From Sphingopyxis sp. (GTDB lineage: Bacteria; Pseudomonadota; Alphaproteobacteria; Sphingomonadales; Sphingomonadaceae), in assembly GCA_040079655.1 (NCBI GenBank), contig JBEBJX010000001.1, positions 14,060 through 78,059 on the forward strand: a DNA stretch of 64,000 nucleotides. Direction: 5' to 3'. The notes beneath the pieces were generated by a model that saw only the letters and a program-made list of their open reading frames with translations, made no database searches and was not told the origin of the DNA. Positions 47,798-57,600 of this stretch are shown piece after piece. Position 1 is the first letter of the stretch. Every line of letters starts with the position of its first letter. The translations under genes were made by a program, and so were the position numbers.

Positions 47798-49153
47798 ATG
47801 GCAGTCACCGATCATGTAGATCTTGCCACATTTATGGAAGGGGTGGCGCGCCGCAACCCCGGCCAAACCGAATTTATTCAGGCTGTTCAGGAAGTCGCCG
47901 AGGATATTTACGACTTTATCGAGGATAAAGAGCCATATCACCGCGAACAGATTTTGCGGCGGATTGCCGAGCCTGACCGCGTCCTCTCGTTTCGCGTCTG
48001 CTGGGAAGATGACAATGGCCATGTCCGGGTTCAGCGCGGCTGGCGGGTGCAAAACAACAACGCTATCGGCCCGTATAAGGGCGGCATCCGTTTTCACCCC
48101 AGCGTCACCGAATCGATCCTCAAATTCCTCGCGTTCGAACAGACGTTCAAAAATGCGCTGACCGGACTGCCGATGGGCGGCGGCAAGGGCGGATCTAACT
48201 TTAACCCCAAGGGCAAGAGCGAGCGCGAAATCATGCGTTTTTGCCAAAGCTTTATGAACGAGCTGTATCGCCATATTGGGCCGGACACCGATGTCCCGGC
48301 GGGTGACATTGGCGTTGGCGGGCGCGAGATCGGCTTTATGTTCGGCCAGTATAAACGGCTGACCAATCATTGGAACGGCGTGTTGACCGGCAAGGGGTTG
48401 GAATATGGCGGCTCGCTCATCCGCCCCGAAGCGACAGGATATGGCGCCGTATATTTCCTTGCCGCGATGTTGCGCACCAAGGGGCTTGACCTCAAGGGCA
48501 AGACTGCGGTGATTTCCGGCTCGGGCAATGTCGCCACCCACGCCGCCGAAAAAATCACCCAACTGGGCGGCAAGGTGCTGACCCTGTCCGATTCGGGCGG
48601 GTTTATTCACGACCCCGACGGCATCAATCAGGACAAGATCAATTGGGTGAAAGCGCACAAGACGCATCGGCGCGGGCGGATAGAGGATTATGTCACCGAA
48701 TATCCTGGCGCGACGTTCACCGCCGGAAAAACGCCGTGGGGCGTGCCATGCGATGTCGCGTTGCCCTGTGCGACGCAAAATGAGCTGCTCGGCGATGATG
48801 CGCGCGCGCTGGTCGCCAATGGCTGTATCGCGGTCAGCGAAGGTGCCAATATGCCGACCAACCTAGAAGGCGTGCATGTGTTCAAGGATGCGCGCATCCT
48901 GTTTGCACCCGGCAAGGCCGCCAATGCCGGCGGGGTTGCGGTGTCGGGGCTGGAGATGAGCCAGAATAGCGAGCGGCGTTCATGGAAAGAGGCCGAGCTG
49001 CAACAGATGCTGCTCGACATTATGGAGGGTATCCACGAACGTTGTCTCACCTATGGCCGGATTACGCCCGATTATGTTGATTATGTGAAGGGCGCGAATA
49101 TCGCCGGGTTCAAAAAAGTCGCCGATGCTATGCTGGCATTTGGTGTAGTATAG
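47798..49153 (+). CDS. gdhA: NADP-specific glutamate dehydrogenase
   Basis: GPYKGGIRFHP, KNALTGLPMGGGKGG, DVPAGDIGVG, RPEATGYG, KAANAGGVAVS; GGGGAGG RBS before ATG 47798. Confidence 0.97.
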   Translation: MAVTDHVDLATFMEGVARRNPGQTEFIQAVQEVAEDIYDFIEDKEPYHREQILRRIAEPDRVLSFRVCWEDDNGHVRVQRGWRVQNNNAIGPYKGGIRFHPSVTESILKFLAFEQTFKNALTGLPMGGGKGGSNFNPKGKSEREIMRFCQSFMNELYRHIGPDTDVPAGDIGVGGREIGFMFGQYKRLTNHWNGVLTGKGLEYGGSLIRPEATGYGAVYFLAAMLRTKGLDLKGKTAVISGSGNVATHAAEKITQLGGKVLTLSDSGGFIHDPDGINQDKINWVKAHKTHRRGRIEDYVTEYPGATFTAGKTPWGVPCDVALPCATQNELLGDDARALVANGCIAVSEGANMPTNLEGVHVFKDARILFAPGKAANAGGVAVSGLEMSQNSERRSWKEAELQQMLLDIMEGIHERCLTYGRITPDYVDYVKGANIAGFKKVADAMLAFGVV

Positions 49154-49224
49154 GCAGGCCATAGAAAGTTAGGCGGACACGGCGGGGGTCGGAAACTATG
49201 ACGGATGCATGGCAAAGGGCGCGG

Positions 49225-50592
49225 ATGCGCATTAGCCTGTTTGGGGCGGCGGCGGCAATACTGCTGGCGGCGCTGGTCCTCGTCGCACCCGAAGCGCGCT
49301 CCAATGCTGCACAGGACGGCGCGCATCTTGGCGTTGCATCCTGTGCTGGATCAACCTGCCATGGCCGAATGCTGGGCGATGGGCCTGTGGTGCGACAGGA
49401 CGAGATCGCGCGATGGCAGGAGCCATCGACCCAAAGCGGTGCCCATTCGCGGGCCTATTCTGTGCTTTCCAATGCGCGTAGCCGCACCATCGCCCGCAAT
49501 CTGGGCATTGCCGACGCCGCCAGCTCCTCGACCTGCCTTGGTTGTCATTCGAGCGCCGCAGCAACCAGCGGCGGGGCATTTCGCTATCAATTGTCGGACG
49601 GCGTCAATTGCGAAAGCTGCCACGGCGCGTCATCTGGCTGGATTGCATCGCACTATGCCGGAACGTTGACTGGCGCGGCGCAGCATGATGATAATGTAAG
49701 GCGCGGGCTGCGGCGATTGGAAGACCCGGTGGTGCGCGCGGGGGTGTGCCTTGATTGCCATTTTGGCTCGGCAACGGACGGGCAATTTGTCACCCACCGC
49801 ATCATGGCGGCGGGGCACCCGCGCATCGCCTTTGAGCTCGATCTGTTTTCAACATTACAGATGCACCATGTTGAGGACGCCGACTATGCCCAGCGCAAAG
49901 GCAGTGTTGACCATGTGCGGATGTGGGCGGTGGGTCAGGCGATGGCGATCGAACGCTCTCTGTCGCTGTTTCAAAACGCCAATCGCGGCACCGATGGCGT
50001 GTTCCCCGAGTTTACTTTCTATGACTGCCATAGCTGTCATCGCCGGATATTCGACCAGGCACAGCCTAGCATAACCGCAGTCGGCAACCCAGCGCGGCCC
50101 ATTCCCCAAGGGATGCCGCCCTATAATGATGAAAATATGATCATGCTGTCGGCAGCGGCACGCGTGGCCGCACCCAGTTTGGCGACGCGTTTTGACGAAA
50201 AGGCGCGCGCTTTTCACGCGGCGATGACCCGCGACCGCGGGGCTGCGGTGGCGGCAGCACGCGAACTGATGGCAGCGGTGGGCGACGTGCGTAGCGCATT
50301 GGCGGGCACGAACTTTGGTGCCGGATCAGCACGCCAAATGGCCCAGGCGATTGCGGGAGAGGCGATCCGCGCCCGCTTCACCGATTATGAAGGGTCGGTG
50401 CAGGCGGTGATGGGGATTGATACATTATTGAATGCAATGATCAGCAACGGACAAGCGACAGTGGGATCGGCGGCGGGTATTCGTGGTGACATCAACCGCG
50501 CCTATGCGGCGGTGCGCGACCCCAATGCCTATCGCCCGCGTGATTTCCAATCCGCACTCGCCAGTGCCGTTCGCAGCATCGGTGCGCTGTGA
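49225..50592 (+). CDS. Periplasmic multiheme c-type cytochrome (cytochrome c554-like N-domain, 5 heme motifs)
   Basis: Signal peptide; CAGSTCH, CLGCH, CESCH, CLDCH, CHSCH; helical C-terminal domain; start 49198 or 49225. Confidence 0.85.
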   Translation: MRISLFGAAAAILLAALVLVAPEARSNAAQDGAHLGVASCAGSTCHGRMLGDGPVVRQDEIARWQEPSTQSGAHSRAYSVLSNARSRTIARNLGIADAASSSTCLGCHSSAAATSGGAFRYQLSDGVNCESCHGASSGWIASHYAGTLTGAAQHDDNVRRGLRRLEDPVVRAGVCLDCHFGSATDGQFVTHRIMAAGHPRIAFELDLFSTLQMHHVEDADYAQRKGSVDHVRMWAVGQAMAIERSLSLFQNANRGTDGVFPEFTFYDCHSCHRRIFDQAQPSITAVGNPARPIPQGMPPYNDENMIMLSAAARVAAPSLATRFDEKARAFHAAMTRDRGAAVAAARELMAAVGDVRSALAGTNFGAGSARQMAQAIAGEAIRARFTDYEGSVQAVMGIDTLLNAMISNGQATVGSAAGIRGDINRAYAAVRDPNAYRPRDFQSALASAVRSIGAL

Positions 50593-50682
50593 TGAAGCGA
50601 TGCCGCACAACCCAAAAGCGATTTGAAGTCAGATGGCACCGCCTGACGGCTCGCAAATCGCGGCAAGGCAAAGGAGTAGAGC

Positions 50683-52680
50683 ATGGTCTTTGATACAATC
50701 AAAGGACGTCATGCTCTAGGCTGGACAGCCTGTTTGGCAATGAGCCTGGCCGGATGCGGCAGCGGCGGCACTGGCGGCCCAGGCGGCGGATCGCCCTCGC
50801 CAACACCAACCCCAACACCGACCGGCATGGCCTTTGTGCTGCCCGCAGCCGAGGCGCTTAGCGTCTCCGATGTTGAGCGCATCATCGGCCAGGCGGTTAC
50901 CGAAGCCCAGGCGCGCGGGCAAAATGCGGTGATTGCGGTGGTTGATCGCCCCGGCAATGTGCTTGGCGTTTTCCGCATGACGGGCGCACCGCCAACCTCT
51001 GTGGTCGGCGCAGCGCCCAATGGCCAAAACCGCGATGCACAGGGCCAAACCATCCCATCCACCGCAGCAGCCATCGCCAAGGCGGTCACCGGCGCCTATC
51101 TGTCAAGCGGCGGCAATGCCTTTTCCACCCGCACCGCCAGCATGATTGTGCAACAGCATTTTCCGCCTGCGCCGGTCGCGGTGGGGCTTGAGAGCGGCCC
51201 GCTTTATGGTGTGCAATTCAGCTCGCTGCCCTGTTCTGACCTGTCGGCGCGCTATCGCGACGGCAACCTTGGGACGGGGCCGCTGATCGGGCCAAAGCGT
51301 TCGCCGCTTGGCCTGTCGGCGGATGCGGGCGGGCTGCCGCTCTATAAAAATGGCGTGCTGGTTGGCGGCATTGGCGTGATGTCCGATGGCGTCTATGGTT
51401 TTGACCCCGATGTCACCAATATCGACAATGACCCAGAGGAGTATAGCGCGCTGGCGGGAACACGCGGGTTCGAAGCACCCGTGGAAATCCGCGCCGACCG
51501 CATCCCCGTTGATGGCACGACATTGCGCTATTCGGATGCGCGCTATGACCAATTGACCACCAGCACCGCCCCCGCATTTGCAACGATTAACGGCACATTG
51601 GGGCAATTGATCGCAGTGCGCGGCTATTTTGGCGCTCCCGTCCCCGTTATCCAGGCGGGCGCGATTTACGGCACAGAAGCGTCGGGGCTGCGGCTCGCCA
51701 CGGCAGCAGAGTTTAGCCGCAGCGACGCGATGATCCTGAGCAATGGCGCGGGAACGGGGCGCTACCCGATACGCGGCGGCACCGATGCCGGCACCGTCGC
51801 CACACCGATGAGCGCCGCTGAAACGCGCGCGATATTGGAAGAGGCCTTTACCGTCATGGCGCGGGCGCGCGCGCAAATCCGCCGCCCATTGAACGCCCAG
51901 GCGCAGGTGACGATCAGTGTCGTTGACAGTTTCGGCGCGGTGTTGGGCATGGTGCGTTCGCCCGATGCGCCACTGTTTGGCATTGACGTCAGCCTGCAAA
52001 AGGCGCGCTCGGCAATGTTCCTGTCAAACAGCGTCGCCGCCGCCAATTTGCTGGCCGATCCTGACCCTGCGGTTCGTACCTATGTCGGCGCGGCGCGAAC
52101 CTTCCTCAATGACCCAGCCGCCCTCACCGGCACCGTCGCTTATTCCAATCGCGCGATCGGCCTGTTGCATCGCCCCTATTTTCCCGACGGCGAAGTCGGG
52201 CGCGCCAACGGCCCATTTTCCCGCGATATTGGCGGGTTTAACCCGCTATCGACCGGGCTGCAAAGCGCGATGACATTTCCCGACATCCTCAATCACCTGT
52301 TGTTTGTCCTCAATATCAACTCGGCTGATGTGAAACAGCGCTGCACCAACATTCCCGACAGCGCGCCCGGGCTTAATCGCTTGGCCAATGGCATGCAGAT
52401 TTTCCCCGGTGCGGTGCCCATTTATCGCGGAAATCAGCTGGTCGGCGGTATCGGCATATCGGGCGACGGCATCGACCAGGATGATATGGTGGCCTTCCTC
52501 GGCGTCGCCAATGCGTCCGCGCGGCTGGGCGGCAGCGTAACGCAAGCGCCGTTTGATCGCCGCGCTGATCGCTTGGTCGTTACGCTTCCCGATGCGCGGC
52601 AAGTGCGGCTGCGCTATGTCAATTGCCCGTTCACGCCGTTCCTCGATACCGACGCGCAAAATGTCTGTCAGGGCCTGTAA
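50683..52680 (+). CDS. Lipoprotein with tandem GlcG/HbpS (DUF336) heme-binding domains
   Basis: Lipobox LAGC plus PT linker; two copies of the pattern AVVD..G..L / KA..A / GG(L/V)P.Y..G.LVGGIG. Confidence 0.75.
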   Translation: MVFDTIKGRHALGWTACLAMSLAGCGSGGTGGPGGGSPSPTPTPTPTGMAFVLPAAEALSVSDVERIIGQAVTEAQARGQNAVIAVVDRPGNVLGVFRMTGAPPTSVVGAAPNGQNRDAQGQTIPSTAAAIAKAVTGAYLSSGGNAFSTRTASMIVQQHFPPAPVAVGLESGPLYGVQFSSLPCSDLSARYRDGNLGTGPLIGPKRSPLGLSADAGGLPLYKNGVLVGGIGVMSDGVYGFDPDVTNIDNDPEEYSALAGTRGFEAPVEIRADRIPVDGTTLRYSDARYDQLTTSTAPAFATINGTLGQLIAVRGYFGAPVPVIQAGAIYGTEASGLRLATAAEFSRSDAMILSNGAGTGRYPIRGGTDAGTVATPMSAAETRAILEEAFTVMARARAQIRRPLNAQAQVTISVVDSFGAVLGMVRSPDAPLFGIDVSLQKARSAMFLSNSVAAANLLADPDPAVRTYVGAARTFLNDPAALTGTVAYSNRAIGLLHRPYFPDGEVGRANGPFSRDIGGFNPLSTGLQSAMTFPDILNHLLFVLNINSADVKQRCTNIPDSAPGLNRLANGMQIFPGAVPIYRGNQLVGGIGISGDGIDQDDMVAFLGVANASARLGGSVTQAPFDRRADRLVVTLPDARQVRLRYVNCPFTPFLDTDAQNVCQGL

Positions 52681-52683
52681 CGG

Positions 52684-54633
52684 ATGAGCGTCACTTTCGC
52701 CTTTGCCCTGCCTTTGGTGGCTTCGGTGGTGCCCGCCACGACGACTGTCGAAACGGTGACGAACCCCGAAGAGAGCGAGAGCACGCCTGAGGCCGCGCCT
52801 GAAAACGCCGAGCAAGCCGAACCGTCGCCCCCGCCGCCGCCACCCGACTGGCAACGACGTATCGAGCCAACATTGTTGCAGGAAATCCTAGAAGGCCGCC
52901 GCCGCCCGGGCTATCAACCCGGCCTGCCAGAGGCGGTGACGCAGGAAAATGTCGGGGCAATCCGCGCCCTGCCGCCATCGGCATTTCCACAGGAGACATT
53001 GCCGATACCCGATCGCTGGCGGCTGATCACAGCGCTTTGCCCGGTGCAGAGCATCTTCACCGCGCTACAAAATGTCTGCCATTCCGCGCGCGACCCCTAT
53101 CATCAAAATCTGCTCAAGGGTGACAGACCCATCCCGCCCGAGGATTTCCCCAGCTTTTTGGGAATAGAGGGGCATGACTGGTTTTTAACCTTGTCGGCAA
53201 TTTCAGACACGGTGGTCGAGCCGCGCAGTTTCCCCATCCCGGTCGGCGTCCAAACGACAGAGCGGCCCGACAGCAACAATGTGTTCGGTCGCCCGACCAG
53301 CCTGGTCTTGTCACAAACATTCATTATGGGCGCGGCGCTGACCAAGGGGATGACCGCGTTCAAGCCACCCGATGTTGAATATCGCGTCGCGATTGCGTTC
53401 AACATGAATTATGTCGATGTGCCAGAGCGCCGCGTGCTGTTTGTCGAACCATCGCGTCCATCCCATCGGTTTGATTATTTTCTGGGCGTCCAGGAAGCCT
53501 TTATCGACAAGCATCTGGGCAATGATTCAGACCGCTATGATTTTCATTCGATCCGCGTCGGCATTCAGCCCTTTCAGACCGATTTTCGCGGCTTTCTGTT
53601 CAATGATAATCAGCTCGGTATCCGCCTGTTTGGCAACCGCGACAATAATCGCTTTCAATATAATCTGGCGGCATTTTGGCGGCTGGAAAAGGACACCAAT
53701 TCGGGCCTGAACGATGTCACCCAAACCCCGCGCAATGATTTTGTGCTCGCGGCCAATCTGTATCGTCAGGATTTGCCTATCCCCGGCCTGACCAGCCAAG
53801 TGACGCTTGTCTATAACCGCAACCGCGAAGGCGGCGACATCCATATCGACGACAATGGCTTTCCCATTCGCCCCGCGCTGTTCGGCACATTGCGCGGGCG
53901 CGATTATGATGTGTTTTACGCTGGTTACAACGCCGATGGTCATGTCGGCCGCATCAACCTGACAACCTCACTCTACGCGGCATTTGGCAAGGACCACAAC
54001 AACCCCATCACCGATCGGCCGGCGCGGATTGCCGGCTATTTCGCCGCCGCCGAAGCGAGTTATGACCATAATTGGATGCGCTTTCGCCTCTCGGCGCTCT
54101 ATGCCAGCGGCGACGGCAACCCCTATGACGATGTTGAGAGCGGGTTCGATGCCATTTCTGAAAACCCCCAGTTTGCGGGGGCCGATACCAGCTACTGGAT
54201 CCGCCAGGCTATCCCCTTTGCCGGCGGCGCGCGCGCGGTAACGGTCAATGGGCGTGGCGGGGTGTTAAACTCGCTGCGCTCATCCAAGGACGAAGGGCAA
54301 TCGAACTTCACCAACCCGGGAACGATATTGCTGGGGGTTGGCGGCGATTTCGACATCAGACCCGACACGCGCGTAACCGCCAACATCAACCATTTATGGT
54401 TCGAAAATACGCGGGTGATAGAGGTGCTGCGCAACCAAGGCGGCATTTCGCGCAACATTGGCTGGGACGTCTCGGTGTCGAGCATCTATCGCCCCAACAC
54501 CAACCAGAATATCGTGCTCAGACTGTCTGCCGCCGCGCTTATCCCCGGGCGCGGGTTCGACCAACTCTTTGCCAATAGCCCGCGTAGGGGGGCCTATTAT
54601 TCCATCCTCGCCAACGCAATATTGAGTTTTTGA
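52684..54633 (+). CDS. Predicted outer-membrane beta-barrel protein of unknown function
   Basis: Signal-like N-terminus, Pro/Glu-rich linker, many amphipathic aromatic-ended strands, C-terminal YYSILANAILSF ending in Phe. Confidence 0.6.
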   Translation: MSVTFAFALPLVASVVPATTTVETVTNPEESESTPEAAPENAEQAEPSPPPPPPDWQRRIEPTLLQEILEGRRRPGYQPGLPEAVTQENVGAIRALPPSAFPQETLPIPDRWRLITALCPVQSIFTALQNVCHSARDPYHQNLLKGDRPIPPEDFPSFLGIEGHDWFLTLSAISDTVVEPRSFPIPVGVQTTERPDSNNVFGRPTSLVLSQTFIMGAALTKGMTAFKPPDVEYRVAIAFNMNYVDVPERRVLFVEPSRPSHRFDYFLGVQEAFIDKHLGNDSDRYDFHSIRVGIQPFQTDFRGFLFNDNQLGIRLFGNRDNNRFQYNLAAFWRLEKDTNSGLNDVTQTPRNDFVLAANLYRQDLPIPGLTSQVTLVYNRNREGGDIHIDDNGFPIRPALFGTLRGRDYDVFYAGYNADGHVGRINLTTSLYAAFGKDHNNPITDRPARIAGYFAAAEASYDHNWMRFRLSALYASGDGNPYDDVESGFDAISENPQFAGADTSYWIRQAIPFAGGARAVTVNGRGGVLNSLRSSKDEGQSNFTNPGTILLGVGGDFDIRPDTRVTANINHLWFENTRVIEVLRNQGGISRNIGWDVSVSSIYRPNTNQNIVLRLSAAALIPGRGFDQLFANSPRRGAYYSILANAILSF

Positions 54634-57600
54634 TGGTGATGCAACGCCCCGCCTTTCTCCGTTTCGCTACGTTCATGCTGGCTCTGCTCACCATGCTCAG
54701 CGCGCTCGCCTTTCTCACGCCATCGGCCATCGCCAATGAGGGCGAGGTGCCCGTTGAGCGGCATTATGTCACCGCCCCAAATGCCCCCGCAAACCAGATA
54801 GGCGCAACATTCGAGGAACAGCGTAGCGCAGTGATGGCCAAATCCGAAGGGTGTTTCAGCTGCCATGTCCGCACCGACGAGCCATCGATGCACGCCAGCC
54901 CAGCGGTGCAGCTGGGCTGTGTCGATTGCCACGGCGGCGACGCAAGCGTTCGCGGTGACCCGGCGCTTGGCTATGCCCACCCCGACAATATGGCCGCACT
55001 AACCCGTGCCCATGTGCTGCCGCGTTACCCGCGCAGCTGGAACTGGCCTTCATCGGCCAACCCGCAGCGCAGCTACGCCCTGCTTAACCGCGAAGCACCT
55101 GAGTTCCTCCGCTTCGTCAACCCCGCTGATTATCGCGTTGCCCGCGAAGCATGCGGCGCGTGCCACCTCGCTATCATCGAAAATGCCGAGCGCTCGATCA
55201 TGTCAACCGGCGCGATGCTGTGGGGCGGGGCGGCCTATAACAATGGCATCGTCCCGTTCAAATCCTATTTGATGGGCGAAAGCTATACCCGCGAGGGCGA
55301 GCCAGCCTGCATCACCAGCCCATCGACCATATTGCCGCGCGAACAATGGGCCCGCGCCTGTGCCGACATCACCATGCCGGCGAGCGAAATATTGACGCCC
55401 GAAGAGCAAGCGCGCGGTGCACTGTCGCGCATGTACCCGCTGCCCAGCTGGACCGTGATCCCCCCGGGCGATGTGTTCCGCGTATTTGAACGCGGCGGAC
55501 GCAGCATCAACCCGGTGTTCCCAGAGATTGGCCTGCCCAATTCAACCGGGCAGATCCAGCGGCTTGACGAGCCTGGCCGCCCCGATCTGCGCCAGTCCAA
55601 TCGCGGGCCCGGCACTGGGCTTCGTGTTGCCATTCCGGTGCTCAACATCCACAAAACGCGGCTCAACGACCCGTTCATGTGGTTTATGGGCACTAATGAC
55701 CAACAAGGTGATTATCGTTCATCGGGATGTTCGGGTTGCCATGTTGTTTATGCCAATGACCGCGAGCCGCGCCACAGCAGCGTCTATGCCCAATATGGCC
55801 GCGACGGCCAGACAGCGACAGTTGACCCGACCATTTCCGGCCTGATGCAGCGCGCGCCTGTTCACGGGGAGAGTGGGCATGGCGAAGCGGGGCATGGTGA
55901 GAGCAGTAGCGGAGATGACGCACATGCCGAGGACGCACATGCCGAGAGCGGCCATGGCGGCCTGATTCCGGCTGGGTCACCGACACGCCGCGAGAGTGGC
56001 CACCCGATCCGCCACGCCTTCACCCGCGCCATCCCGACCGCGCAGTGCATGAACTGTCACATGCACCAGCCCAATGTATTCGTGAACACTTACCTTGGCT
56101 ATACGATGTGGGATTATGAAGCCGATGCGCCGCACATGTGGCCTGGCCCTGAAAATGAAGCGCCGCGCCCAGCCGGCATGAGCGACGAAGATTATAACCG
56201 CATCTATCGCAGCCAGCATTACCCGACCGCTACCGAGGTTCGCGCGATCAATGACCGCAATCCAGAGGGCGCGGCAACGCACGGCCTATGGGGCGATGTC
56301 GAGTTTCTGCGCGATGTGTACAGCCTCAACCCTGATCTCTCGGACACGCAATTTGCCGACTATCACGGCCATGGCTGGAATTTTCGCGCGGTGCTGCGCC
56401 GCGACCGCGAGGGCAATCTGCTTGATGCCGAGGGGCAAATCGTGCCGCCCGATGACCCCGAGCGCTGGCGCCGCAACGGCGAGGGCGAGTTTGCGCCGAT
56501 CGGCGTCAACCCTGGGCGCACCGTCCATTTGATGGACATCCACGCCGAAAAGGGAATGCAATGCGCCGATTGCCACTTCAGCCAAGACAGCCATGGCAAC
56601 GGGTTTATCTATGGCGAAGTTGCCAACGCGATCGAGATTGGTTGCAAGGATTGCCACGGCACTGCTGATGCCTACCCAACCCTGCTCACCTCCGGCCCTG
56701 CGGCACCGCCCGAAGGGACCAACCTCGCGCTGCTCCGCAATCCCGATGGCCAGCGGCGCTTTGAATGGGTCGATAACCCCGACGGCAGCCGCAAGCTTTT
56801 GCAGCGGTCGATCACCGACCCCGCTGTAACCTGGGAAGTCAGCCTAGTCCGCGACACGGTGACGCTCGGCAACCCGCGGTTCAACGCGCGCGCCGCGCGT
56901 GCCAAGCTTATGGGCCGTGTCAGCGAAGACGGGCAAACAAGCTGGGGCACCGGCGTCGCCTCCGATAATCGCGCCCATGGCGACGACCGCATGGCCTGTT
57001 TCACCTGCCATTTGTCATGGACCACCAGCTGCGGCGGCTGCCACTTGCCGATAGAAGCCAATTGGCTGACTAATGAGCATCATTTTGAAGGCGAAACGTC
57101 CCGTAATTTTGCGACCTATAACCCACAGGTCGCGCGCGACGAGATGTTCCAGCTGGGCATCCACCAAACCACCAAGGGCAATATCATCGCACCGGTACGC
57201 TCTTCATCGGCGCTGGTATTGTCTTCGACCAATATCAACCGCGAGCGTATCTATGTTCAGCAACCGCCGATCAGCGCGATCGGCTATTCGTCACAGGCCT
57301 TTGCGCCGCATTTCCCGCACACTGTGCGCACCACCGAAACCAAGACATGTAGCGACTGTCATTTGTCCGAAGACGAAGACAATAATGCCATCATGTCGCA
57401 GCTGCTGTTGCTCGGCACCAACTATGTCAATTTTGTCGGGCTCAACAATTTTGCGGGGCTGGAGGGCGGGTTCCAGGCGACGCGCGTCACCGAATGGGAT
57501 GAGCCACAGGCAGTCATCGGTAGTTATCTCCATCGCTATGCCTACCCCGATTTCTATCGCCTGCATGTCGACCAAAATGGCCGCGAGCTGCGCAATTGGG

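Noticed and set aside
47684-48778. 364-aa minus-strand ORF
   Set aside because: Antisense shadow of gdhA; no independent coding evidence
51103-51999. 298-aa minus-strand ORF
   Set aside because: Antisense shadow of the GlcG/HbpS lipoprotein gene
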